NCBI GenBank assembly: GCA_047601445.1
Contig: JASGJH010000001.1
Location: forward strand, 6,272,001-6,336,000
Source: Myxococcales bacterium
GTDB taxonomy: Bacteria; Myxococcota_A; Polyangia; Polyangiales; DASUME01
Direction of reading: 5' to 3'
DNA length: 64,000 nt
Positions 46,141-55,369 of the stretch are shown here, piece after piece (the stretch's first letter is position 1; each line of letters opens with the position of its first letter). The position numbers and the translations under genes were made by a program. The notes under the pieces were generated by a model. That model ran no database searches and was not told where the DNA came from. It worked only from the letters and a program-made list of their open reading frames with translations.

Positions 46141-47157
46141 ATGACGAAGAACCGCGGTTTTCTGCTCGCCTCACGTCCCGAAGGGGAACCCAGTCTGGAG
46201 AACTTCTCCCTGGTGGAGGAGACCCTGCCGGCGCTGCGCCCCGGACAGGTGTTGGTGCGCCACCACTACCTCTCGCTCGACCCCTACATGCGCGGACGCA
46301 TGAGCGACGCCAAGAGCTACGCGGCGCCGCAGCCGCTCGGCAAGGTGATGATCGGCGGCACCGTGGGCGAGGTGGTCGAGTCCCAGAACGACTTTTTCAA
46401 GGTCGGCGACAAGGTGCTCGGCATGGGCGGATGGCAGGAGTACGCCATCGTGGACGCCGGCCAACGCGGCGTGCTGCAGAAGGTGGATACCGGCAAGATC
46501 CCGCTCTCGGCCTACTTGGGCTCCGTGGGCATGCCGGGGGTCACGGCCTGGTACGGCCTGAACGAGATTATCGCGCCCAAGGCGGGGCAGACGGTGGTGG
46601 TGAGCGCGGCGAGCGGCGCGGTGGGCTCGGTGGTGGGGCAGCTCGCCAAACAGAAGGGCTGTCGCGCCCTGGGCATCGCCGGGGGACGCGAGAAGTGCGA
46701 CTACGTGGTGAAGGAACTCGGGTTCGATGCCTGCCTCGACTACAAGGAGCTCAGGGATCCCAGGGCCCTCGGCGCAGCGCTGCGCGAGGCCGCCCCGCAG
46801 GGCATCGATGGCTGCTTCGAGAACGTGGGCGGTGCGCTGCTCGACGCGGTGATGCTCCAGATGAACCCGTTCGGACGCATCGCGGTGTGCGGGATGATCG
46901 CCGGCTACAACGGCGAGCCCACGCCCATGAAGTACCCCGGGCTCATTCTGGTCTCCCGCCTGACCATCCGTGGCTTCGTTGTCACCGAACACATGGAGGC
47001 GTGGCCCAAGGCGCTGCAGGAGCTGGGACCCCTGGTCGCGTCAGGGGCGCTCAAGTTCCGTGAGAGCGTGGCGCAGGGGCTGGACAGTGCTCCGGAGGCT
47101 TTCCTTGGGCTGTTGAAGGGAAAGAATTTCGGAAAGCAGTTGGTGAAGCTGATCTAG
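46141..47157 (+). CDS. NADP-dependent oxidoreductase (CurA/YncB/PTGR-like MDR)
   Basis: YLSLDPYMRGRM, GMPGVTAWYGL, SAASGAVGS, FENVGG. Confidence 0.93.
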   Translation: MTKNRGFLLASRPEGEPSLENFSLVEETLPALRPGQVLVRHHYLSLDPYMRGRMSDAKSYAAPQPLGKVMIGGTVGEVVESQNDFFKVGDKVLGMGGWQEYAIVDAGQRGVLQKVDTGKIPLSAYLGSVGMPGVTAWYGLNEIIAPKAGQTVVVSAASGAVGSVVGQLAKQKGCRALGIAGGREKCDYVVKELGFDACLDYKELRDPRALGAALREAAPQGIDGCFENVGGALLDAVMLQMNPFGRIAVCGMIAGYNGEPTPMKYPGLILVSRLTIRGFVVTEHMEAWPKALQELGPLVASGALKFRESVAQGLDSAPEAFLGLLKGKNFGKQLVKLI

Positions 47158-47192
47158 GATCGGGGTGAATACACGGGGAGTGCACTGAAACC

Positions 47193-47552
47193 ATGCGTCG
47201 CTATTTTGCTCGCGCGCCGAACCACCCGCTTCGCCGGCTTGGACTCGGACTCGGAATGATGCTCGCGGCGGGTTGCACCGACCCCTGCGGAGAACGCTCC
47301 ATCGCCGACTGCAACGACGGGTGCTCCGTGGTTCACGGTAAGCCTGCAGACGAAGCGCTGATGTGTTTGGGCGAGACCCAGGCCGCAGGGTGCATGGAGT
47401 CTGGCCACACTTGTCAGCAGCAGATTGGCCTTGCGCGCGACACCAAGGGAAACCTCTGGTGGTTCCCCAACATCTGCATCCCCGAGAACTGGACCTTGGT
47501 CAACGACGAGAGCGGCGCCGAAGACTGGTCGGCCTGCATGAGCTCTCCCTAA
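47193..47552 (+). CDS. Small Cys-rich lipoprotein
   Basis: LAAGC lipobox; WWFPNICIPENW. Confidence 0.6.
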   Translation: MRRYFARAPNHPLRRLGLGLGMMLAAGCTDPCGERSIADCNDGCSVVHGKPADEALMCLGETQAAGCMESGHTCQQQIGLARDTKGNLWWFPNICIPENWTLVNDESGAEDWSACMSSP

Positions 47553-47576
47553 ATCTCTGGGGCAACGGCAGCGTGA

Positions 47577-49598
47577 CTACGGCGCGATCACGCTGAGCTT
47601 CACCACGCCTTCGGGGTTGTGCGCGGAGTACAGGACGAGGCGTCCGCCGACTTCCACCATGGTCAGGTTGCGCGGCGGGATGGGCAAGCTCTCGAGCAGC
47701 GTGGACCAGCTGTTGGCCGTGGGATCGTATACCTCGAGCGACGGGTTCTCGACCAGGCCTCCCTCACCGGGGCTCGAGCCGCCTGCAAGGTAGAGCTTGC
47801 CGTCGAGGGCCACGAGCTGCGCCGAGATGCGCGGCGTGGGACACGGGATTTCGCCGAAAGTCTTGCGCTCGAAGTCGAACACTTCGCAGCTGGTCACCGG
47901 CGCGAAGCCCTCGGCCATGCCTCCGATCAAGTAGTACTTGCCGTCGAGCTGCGCGCCGGCGAAGGCGCGGCGCGGATGGGGGAGCTCGATGCCCGTAGGC
48001 TCGAAGGCATGATTGGCCTCCGCGCGGAGGACGCCGCGTGGATGGTCGAACTGAGCTTGCTCGCCCTTGGCCGGGTCGAAATTCAAGCCGCCGAAGATCC
48101 ACAGTGCGCCGCCTTGTTCGGCGAGTCCGAACTGCGTGCGCGGCTTGTCGAGCGCGTAGGGCGAAGCCTGCCAGCGCCCATGCTCGAAGTCGAAGGCGAA
48201 CGCGTCGGATTGGGCGCGTGCTTCCTGGCCCCCTACCGCCGGTTCGTCGAAGCCGAAGCCACCGATGGCGAGCGCTTGACCCTCCTGAGCGCTCTCTGGC
48301 ACCAAGGTCTGCATGCTCTGGCGCGCGCGCGGAAAGTCGGGCAGGCGCTCCCAGAACATGCCTCCGAGATCCAGACGAGCAGCGTCCGCCGCGAAGTCTT
48401 TGGGCGTGAAGTCGTGCTGATTCAGGCTGCGGTTGCCGCCGAACACATACAGCGAGTCTCCCTCCGCGAATACGCCCTGGCGATTGCGCCCCCCGAGCGG
48501 GTTCTCGAGCGTGAAGCTCACGACCTCGGGACCGTTCTTGGTGAGATCCAGGATCTCCACGGGCCGCGTGCGCGCGCCGAAGTGCATGCCGGAGATGCCG
48601 CCGAGGGCCACGACGTGGGTGGCGTCAGGCATCACCAGCTGATGGAAGAAGCGAGGAAAGGCCAGCTTCTTGGCGTTGCGCCAGGTGCCACTGACGTCGT
48701 CGAGCGCCCACAACACACCGTCACGGGCGCTGGCGAAGAGGCTGTCGCCGTTGGAGGTGGCGGCGATGCCGAAGCCGTCACCCGGTAGATCGGGGCCTCG
48801 CGACCATGCCTGCGTGGCGGGATCGAAGACATGGACTTCCTGCGACGTCTTGGCGTCGGCGTTCATGCCTCCCAGCACCACCAACTTGCCGTCGAGCACC
48901 GCGGCCGCCAGCGCGCGCAGACGAAAGGGCTGCGGCATGCTCTGCCAGGCGCCTCGAGCCGCGTCGTACACGAACATGGTGTCCGCGAACTTGCCGTCTT
49001 TGCGCGCTCCGCTGAGGGTCCAGCCACCCACCACGTACAGGCGATCGCCGAGTGCGACCAGCGCATGCGACGAGCGGGCCTCGGGCAATGGAGGCAGGCT
49101 CTGCCAGTGTTGGGACGCGAGATCGAACGAGCGCGCCTCCGAGAGCGACACGATGTGCTCGGGTTGATCTCGCGTGTTGAGCGCGCGCATTCCGCCCACG
49201 CTCACCAGCCCGTCCCGCAAGACCACGAGCGGCATGCCTTGAGCGGGTTCGAGCGCCGGCAGCTCGGTCCATCCGACGGGGGACGCGCTGGCCTGGGCCT
49301 CGCCGCTTGCGAGTGGGTAGCGCCACAGAGCGCCGGACTGGCCCTCACGGCTGTAGGCGTGGGGCACACCCGCATAGCCGCCGAGTGCGTAAAGCGCATT
49401 CCCCTGGGCCACGGCGCCGAAGCTGGTGACGGCATGGGGCATCAGCGGGACGTCGGCCGCGATGACGTCGGGGGGCGGAACGCTCGCGGGGTCCGTGGCA
49501 CGAGCCGCGTTTTCAGGGGTCGTGGGGCGGTGCTTGGCGTTGGGACAGCCGCAGCCCACGAGGAGGCTGAGCAAGGTGACATAGGTGCGCGAGCGCAT
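47577..49598 (-). CDS. Kelch-repeat lipoprotein (two propellers)
   Basis: LVGC lipobox; about 12 repeats with GG...YD/FD...W. Confidence 0.88.
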   Translation of the reverse strand: MRSRTYVTLLSLLVGCGCPNAKHRPTTPENAARATDPASVPPPDVIAADVPLMPHAVTSFGAVAQGNALYALGGYAGVPHAYSREGQSGALWRYPLASGEAQASASPVGWTELPALEPAQGMPLVVLRDGLVSVGGMRALNTRDQPEHIVSLSEARSFDLASQHWQSLPPLPEARSSHALVALGDRLYVVGGWTLSGARKDGKFADTMFVYDAARGAWQSMPQPFRLRALAAAVLDGKLVVLGGMNADAKTSQEVHVFDPATQAWSRGPDLPGDGFGIAATSNGDSLFASARDGVLWALDDVSGTWRNAKKLAFPRFFHQLVMPDATHVVALGGISGMHFGARTRPVEILDLTKNGPEVVSFTLENPLGGRNRQGVFAEGDSLYVFGGNRSLNQHDFTPKDFAADAARLDLGGMFWERLPDFPRARQSMQTLVPESAQEGQALAIGGFGFDEPAVGGQEARAQSDAFAFDFEHGRWQASPYALDKPRTQFGLAEQGGALWIFGGLNFDPAKGEQAQFDHPRGVLRAEANHAFEPTGIELPHPRRAFAGAQLDGKYYLIGGMAEGFAPVTSCEVFDFERKTFGEIPCPTPRISAQLVALDGKLYLAGGSSPGEGGLVENPSLEVYDPTANSWSTLLESLPIPPRNLTMVEVGGRLVLYSAHNPEGVVKLSVIAP

Positions 49599-49751
49599 TC
49601 GCAGAGCCTAGCCTTCGGGCACGCTCATGGCACCACGCGCAACCTCCTTGCGTGATCGCACAAGTCCCGTCTTGAGGACCCGCGAGCCGCACACCGGGAG
49701 GTCTGGGACGGTGGTAAGGTGCCAGGCAGCCGAGCCAAAGGAGCTTCTGCC

Positions 49752-51212
49752 ATGGACGCGTCCGCCGTTTCGATGCCTACGAGCGACCCAAACCAGGCCA
49801 ACGCCATGCGAGAGCTGTTGCGCCGTCAGCGCGAGTCGTTCCTGCGTGACGGGCCAGCCTCCGCCGAGCTGCGTATGGAGCGTCTGCAGCGCCTGATCAC
49901 CAGCGTGGTCGCGCACGAGCGGCGCATCGTCGAGGCCTGCGCCGCCGATTTCGGGCATCGCAGCAAGGACGCCTCGCGCTGGACCGACGTGGCCGCGATC
50001 ATCGAGAGCGCCAAGTACAGCAAGAAGCACCTGCGTAGCTGGATGAAGCCCGAGAAGCGCAGTGCTGCGTTCCCTGTCAACCTGCTCGGAGCCAAGGCCG
50101 AGGTGCGTTATCAGGCGCTCGGCGTGGTAGGCATCGTGAGCCCCTGGAATTTCCCGGTCTATCTCTCGCTCTCGCCCCTCGCGAGCGTGCTCTCGGCGGG
50201 CAATCGCGCGCTGATCAAGCCGTCCGAGGTGACCCCAGCCTGCGCCGAGGTGGTCGCCGAGATCGTGGCCAAGGCCTTCGACGAGAGCGAGGTAGCCGTG
50301 GTTACCGGCGGCCCCGAAGCCGCAGCTGCGTTCACGTCGCTGCCCCTCGACCACCTGCTGTACACCGGTGGGCCCGGCATCGCGCGTCATGTGATGCGCG
50401 CGGCGGCGGAGCACCTGGTGCCGGTGACCCTGGAGTTGGGCGGCAAGTGTCCCGTCATCGTGGGCAAGGACGCGGACCTCACGGACGTGGCGCTCAAGGT
50501 GATGAACGCCAAGTGCCTCAACGCGGGGCAAATCTGCCTGTCTCCGGATTATCTGATGGTGCCGGCGGCGCGTGAGGCGGAGTTGGTCTCGGCGCTGCGA
50601 TCGGCGGTGGAAGGAATGTTCACGGGGCTCGTCGAGAACCCGGACTACAGCTCGGTGGTGAACCAGCGTCACAAGCAGCGCCTGCAGGGATACCTCGACG
50701 ATGCGCGCAGCAAGGGGGCCCAGCTCATCGAGCTCAATCCCCAGGGCGAGTCGTTCGAAGGGCAGAGCGCGCACAAGATGCCTCCGACGCTGGTGCTCAA
50801 CCCCAAGGAGCACATGGCGATCATGCAAGAGGAGATCTTCGGACCCATGCTGCCCATCAAGAGCTACGGGCAGATCGACGAAGCCATCGCCTACGTCAAC
50901 GCCGGAGAGCGGCCGCTCGCACTCTACTACTTCGGAGACGACGCGGAGGAACGCGAGCGCGTGCTCGCCAGGACCACGTCGGGCGGCGTGAGCTTGAACG
51001 ACGTGGCCATGCACGTGATCCAGAACGACCTGCCGTTCGGCGGCGTGGGTCACAGCGGCATGGGCGCCTATCACGCGCGCGAGGGCTTTCTGCGTTTCTC
51101 CCACGCGCGCAGCGTGTTCACGCAGAGCAAGGTCGGCCTGCTCGGTAAGATCCTGCGCCCGCCCTTTGGCAAGGCGTACCGCAAGCTCGTGGCCAGCATG
51201 ATCAAGGCATAG
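49752..51212 (+). CDS. Aldehyde dehydrogenase (coniferyl-aldehyde DH/CalB-like)
   Basis: PWNFP, KPSE, LELGGK, NAGQIC, EEIFGP, PFGGVG.SG. Confidence 0.93.
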   Translation: MDASAVSMPTSDPNQANAMRELLRRQRESFLRDGPASAELRMERLQRLITSVVAHERRIVEACAADFGHRSKDASRWTDVAAIIESAKYSKKHLRSWMKPEKRSAAFPVNLLGAKAEVRYQALGVVGIVSPWNFPVYLSLSPLASVLSAGNRALIKPSEVTPACAEVVAEIVAKAFDESEVAVVTGGPEAAAAFTSLPLDHLLYTGGPGIARHVMRAAAEHLVPVTLELGGKCPVIVGKDADLTDVALKVMNAKCLNAGQICLSPDYLMVPAAREAELVSALRSAVEGMFTGLVENPDYSSVVNQRHKQRLQGYLDDARSKGAQLIELNPQGESFEGQSAHKMPPTLVLNPKEHMAIMQEEIFGPMLPIKSYGQIDEAIAYVNAGERPLALYYFGDDAEERERVLARTTSGGVSLNDVAMHVIQNDLPFGGVGHSGMGAYHAREGFLRFSHARSVFTQSKVGLLGKILRPPFGKAYRKLVASMIKA

Positions 51213-51343
51213 GGTGTAGCTGAGGGCACTCGCTCCTGGCGCCCGCGTGCGAACGCGTGGCGTCCGACGGTCTGCTCCTTGCAACTCCCTGGGTGTGCGG
51301 TCTGCGCGCGTTGTTGCGCGCTCCGCAGCCAGGGAGGTTCCCG

Positions 51344-52759
51344 ATGCGGAACAGCAAGTGGATTGCATGCTGCTTGGGGTCGGCGTTGACGCTCGTGGGA
51401 CTTCCCGCAGGCGCCGAACAAGGTGCGCCGAGTAACAAGGCCGCCGAGAAAGCCACCGAGCAGGACCTGGTCGAGCTGGCCGATGAGGCCTACGTCTATG
51501 CCCTGCCGCTGATGTTGCTCGACGCGACCACGCAGGCCGTCACCAATGTGGCGTCGCCCACCGGCCATCGCGCCCCATGGAACCAATTCGCACGCGTGGA
51601 CGTGCTGCCCGACGCCAAGTTCAGCGCGGTGGTGCTGCCCAACGTGGACACGCTCTACACCAGCGCCATGCTCGACCTGAGCCGCGAGCCCGTGGTGCTG
51701 CACGTGCCCGATACCCAGGGGCGCTACTACTTGATGCCGATGCTCGACGCCTACACGAACGTGTTCGCGGCCCCCGGCAAGCGCACCACGGGGACGGGCG
51801 AGCTGAAGGTCGCCATCGTGGGCCCGCACTTCAAGGGCAAGTTGCCCAAGGGACTCACCAAGATCGAGGCTCCCACCGATCGCGTGTGGCTGCTCGGTCG
51901 TACGCAGATCAACGGCAAAGAGGACTTGCCCAAGGTGATCGAGCTGACCAACAAGTACACGCTCACGCCGCTCTCGGCCTACGGTAAGGCCTACCTGCCG
52001 CCCAAGGGCAGGGTCGATCCGGAGGTCGACATGCAGACACCGCCGCCCAGGCAGATCGCCAATCTCGGCGACCAGGCCTACTTCGAGCGCGCGGCGCTCT
52101 TGCTCAAGCAATTCCCGCCGCCCGCGGCCGACAAGCCGCAGCTGGCGAGGTTTGCCAAGCTGGGCTTCGGGCCGGGCAAGTTCATGCCCTCGCCCGAGGC
52201 CGACAAGGCCATCCAGGGCACGGGTGCGCGCGCGACGAAGCTGCTCAAGGCGCACCTGGCGGAGATCGGCCAGCCCCGCAACGGCTGGCGCTTGACCACC
52301 GAGGCAGGCAGCTACGGCACGAACTACGAAGTGCGCGCGGCGGTCGCGTTGTGGGCGCTGGGCGCCAACTTGCCCGAGGACGCGCTGTACCCGGCGACCT
52401 CGCGGGATGCCGAAGGGCAACCGCTGAACGGTAACCACCGCTACGTGATCCACTTTCCGAAAGGACAGGAGCCGCCTGCCCATGCGTTCTGGTCGTTGAG
52501 CATGTACAACGGCGCGGGCTACTTCGTGGACAACCCCATCGGTCGCTACGCCATCGGCAGTCGCGACGCATTGCAGCGCAATCCGGACGGTTCATTGGAC
52601 CTCCTGCTGCAGAGCGATGCACCGCAGGGCGAGCTGCTCGCCAACTGGCTACCGACTCCGCAGGGACCGTTCCAGCTGCTGATGCGGATCTACTGGCCCG
52701 ACCAGAAGGTCATGGATGGCGCGTGGGAGCTACCGGCGGTGATTCGGCTGAAGCCTTGA
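51344..52759 (+). CDS. DUF1254/DUF1214 exported protein
   Basis: EAYVYALPL, PNVDTLY, GRYY, FWSLSMY, NWLP.P, MRIYWP. Confidence 0.92.
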   Translation: MRNSKWIACCLGSALTLVGLPAGAEQGAPSNKAAEKATEQDLVELADEAYVYALPLMLLDATTQAVTNVASPTGHRAPWNQFARVDVLPDAKFSAVVLPNVDTLYTSAMLDLSREPVVLHVPDTQGRYYLMPMLDAYTNVFAAPGKRTTGTGELKVAIVGPHFKGKLPKGLTKIEAPTDRVWLLGRTQINGKEDLPKVIELTNKYTLTPLSAYGKAYLPPKGRVDPEVDMQTPPPRQIANLGDQAYFERAALLLKQFPPPAADKPQLARFAKLGFGPGKFMPSPEADKAIQGTGARATKLLKAHLAEIGQPRNGWRLTTEAGSYGTNYEVRAAVALWALGANLPEDALYPATSRDAEGQPLNGNHRYVIHFPKGQEPPAHAFWSLSMYNGAGYFVDNPIGRYAIGSRDALQRNPDGSLDLLLQSDAPQGELLANWLPTPQGPFQLLMRIYWPDQKVMDGAWELPAVIRLKP

Positions 52760-52763
52760 GCCC

Positions 52764-53327
52764 TCAGGCCCGTCCGCGACTCGTCCCGCGGGTGATGCCT
52801 CCGGCGATCAAGTGCGCGAGGCGCAGCGCCTCGGGGATCTTGCCGTGCAGGGTGGTCGCCTCCAGCATTCGCTCCGCTGCGTCGCGGGTGACCCCGGCGT
52901 GCTGCACCCACAACCCGCGTAGCGGCGCGGGCGTTCCGGCGCGCTGCATGCAGCGCCACTTGTCCTCGGGGTCGATCCCGATCGCGTCCAGGGCGGCTCG
53001 GATGGACGCGAAGTTCGGCATGCGACGCGCCACCACGACCACGGGCAGGCCGAGGCGCTCGGACAGCGCCCGAATGTCGACAACATTGAAGCCTGCGAGC
53101 GCAATGCCCTGCAGAAGCACCGCTCGCGCGTAGCCGACGAACTGGGAACGCTCGATCGCCTCCGCAAGCCGAACGGTGGCATCGTCTCCATTGCGGGCAA
53201 CCCAAGTGCAGACCACGCCATCGAGCCGCGTGCGCGCGCAAACCACGCCCACGACCCGCACGTCTTCGCGCGAAGCGCGCTCGAAGGGCGCATCGTCGAA
53301 GCCTATGATGTTGGTGATCGCCTTCAT
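52764..53327 (-). CDS. DUF99 family (endonuclease V-like) protein
   Basis: IIGFDDAPF, GDDAT, LQGIALAGFNVVD, G.IPEALRLAHLIA. Confidence 0.88.
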   Translation of the reverse strand: MKAITNIIGFDDAPFERASREDVRVVGVVCARTRLDGVVCTWVARNGDDATVRLAEAIERSQFVGYARAVLLQGIALAGFNVVDIRALSERLGLPVVVVARRMPNFASIRAALDAIGIDPEDKWRCMQRAGTPAPLRGLWVQHAGVTRDAAERMLEATTLHGKIPEALRLAHLIAGGITRGTSRGRA

Positions 53328-53436
53328 ATCAGCTCGATACCACGGGGTCCGTGGGTGAGGAATTCGAGGCCGCTCTCGCGCATCCGGGTCGTAGTCTCCT
53401 TGGTAGGTGCGCGCCCCGCGCGTTAGCATTCGCGCG

Positions 53437-54636
53437 ATGCTCGACGCTCCGTCACCAGCAGCTGCCGCCCACAGCGGCCCCACGCAGTCCGCACGCAAGG
53501 AGCGCATCGTGGCGCTCGATGTGGTGCGTGGCGCGGCCATCTTCGGCATCTTGATGGTGAATGCCTGGGCCCTCGGCAGCCCGTATCCCTGGTACGGGCG
53601 CGAACCCTGGACCGACGGCGTGAGCCGCTCCATCTACGCGAGCCTCGACTTCGTCTTCGTGAGCAAGTTCTTCCCCCTGTTCTCGCTGTTGTTCGGGATG
53701 GGTTTGAGCCTGCAAATCGCGGCCTTCGAGGCGCGCGGTGAGTCCCCGCGCCGGTTCGTGTTGCGACGCCTCGGCGTGCTGTTCCTGTTTGGTCTGGTCC
53801 ACCTGGCGTTGCTCTCGCCGTTCGACATCCTGGTACCCTACGCGCTGCTCGGTTGTCTGACGCTGGCGCTGCGTAAGCTGCCACCGCGACGCTTGCTCAC
53901 GGTGGCTGGGCTCTGTCTATGCGTGCCGCCCGTGCTGTCGCTGCTCCACGCGGGTGGGAACTTGCTCGGCAGCCAGCCCCATACACCCCACGATCCTCCC
54001 GCGGCGGCGTTCCTCGAGACCTATCAACATGGCTCGCTGGCGGCGATCTACACACTGCGCTTTGCCGAGATCGCGGAGTATTACTTCTGGAGCGCGGCCT
54101 ACGCCTTCTGGATCGTGGCAGCCATGATGACGCTAGGCATGTATGCCGTACGCAGCGGCCTGCTGGAGGCCCTGTTGCACGATCGCATGCGCCTCGGCAG
54201 CTTCGCGCGACGTGCCCTCGGATTCGGCGCGCCGATAGCGCTGGTCCACACGCTGTTCTGGCGCTCGATGCATGGCATGGACCCGCAGCCCGGTTATGGC
54301 TGGCCGGTGCTGAGCGCACTGGGGGTGTTGGGAGAACCGTGGATGGCCATCGGGTACGCCTGTGGCCTCGCCTGGTGGACGCCCGCGATGCCAGGCTGGT
54401 TGAGCCGCAAACTGGCTGCCGTGGGCAAGCTCGCGCTCTCCAACTACGTGCTCCAGTCCCTGGTGATGTTCGTGGTGTTCATGGCACCCGGCTTCGGCAG
54501 CTACGGGAAGCACTCGCCGGCCTGGACGGTCGGGTTCTGCGTGGTGCTCTACGCGTGCCAGTGCGTGTTGAGCGAGCGCTGGTTGCGCCGCCACGAGCTC
54601 GGTCCGCTCGAGAGGCTTTGGCGTCGCTTTACGTAA
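53437..54636 (+). CDS. DUF418 membrane protein
   Basis: RIVALDVVRG.AIFGI, KF..LFSLLFG, VGKLALSNY, GPLE.LWR. Confidence 0.92.
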   Translation: MLDAPSPAAAAHSGPTQSARKERIVALDVVRGAAIFGILMVNAWALGSPYPWYGREPWTDGVSRSIYASLDFVFVSKFFPLFSLLFGMGLSLQIAAFEARGESPRRFVLRRLGVLFLFGLVHLALLSPFDILVPYALLGCLTLALRKLPPRRLLTVAGLCLCVPPVLSLLHAGGNLLGSQPHTPHDPPAAAFLETYQHGSLAAIYTLRFAEIAEYYFWSAAYAFWIVAAMMTLGMYAVRSGLLEALLHDRMRLGSFARRALGFGAPIALVHTLFWRSMHGMDPQPGYGWPVLSALGVLGEPWMAIGYACGLAWWTPAMPGWLSRKLAAVGKLALSNYVLQSLVMFVVFMAPGFGSYGKHSPAWTVGFCVVLYACQCVLSERWLRRHELGPLERLWRRFT

Positions 54637-54646
54637 ATTGAGAGCG

Positions 54647-54707
54647 GCCATCTGCCATCTGCCATTGGCCATCGGCCATCAGCGAGCGGCCATCGTATCC
54701 GCCATCT
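54647..54707 (+). repeat. Heptamer array (GCCATCN)
   Basis: GCCATCT GCCATCT GCCATTG GCCATCG GCCATCA GCGAGCG GCCATCG... Confidence 0.85.
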
Positions 54708-54727
54708 ACCAAACAGCCATGCGCAGT

Positions 54728-55130
54728 GAGGGTGGCAGGAATTCCGTGTAACTTGGCATTCAGGCGGGTAGACGTCCTTCGAAGACGATGTCGAGATGCG
54801 CTACTGCGGAACTCCATTCTTTGGGTGCTTTCCAGCGGCCCTCAGCGTTCTGGATGACCAGGAAGAACAGCTTGAAGGCAGCGTCGTCGTTTTGGGAAGG
54901 GCCTACGGTCACGGGTCACCTTGCGCAGCTGTGAGTCGAGCGATTCGATGCAGTTGGTTGTAGAGAGCACACGACGAATGGGCACAGGATGGGCCAGGAA
55001 CGGTACAAAGAGAGCCCAGCGCTGCTTCCAGGTCCGAATGGCGGCCGGATACTTGGCTCTCCGGGTTGCCTCGAGCTCAACCAAGGTCTCTGCCGCGGCG
55101 GCCTCGTTCTCGGCCGTGTAGAGGGGCTCC
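54728..55130 (-). mobile_element. IS256-family remnant (3' transposase fragment + right IR), frameshifted
   Basis: Minus strand reads KYPAAIRTW...IRRVLSTTNCIESL.SQLRKVTR...FP/NDDAAFKL...FEGRL*, then the IR-like TTACACGGAATTCCTGCCACCCTC. Confidence 0.85.
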
Positions 55131-55167
55131 CGTTCGCCGACAGCCGACAGCAGCTGTTAGCCGACGC

Positions 55168-55342
55168 CGATGGCGGATGGCAGATGGCAGATGACGCATA
55201 GCGGATGGCCGCTGGCGGATGGCAGATGGCAGATGGCCGCTGGCGGATGGCCGATGGCCGATGGCAGATGGCCGATGGCCGATGGCCGATGGCCGATGGC
55301 GGATGGCGGATGGCAGATGGCAGATGGCAGATGGCAGATGGC
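55168..55342 (-). repeat. Inverted heptamer array (NGATGGC), 25 units
   Basis: 7-bp register read directly. Confidence 0.92.
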
Positions 55343-55369
55343 CGACGCCAGATGTAATTGGTGGCCCAA

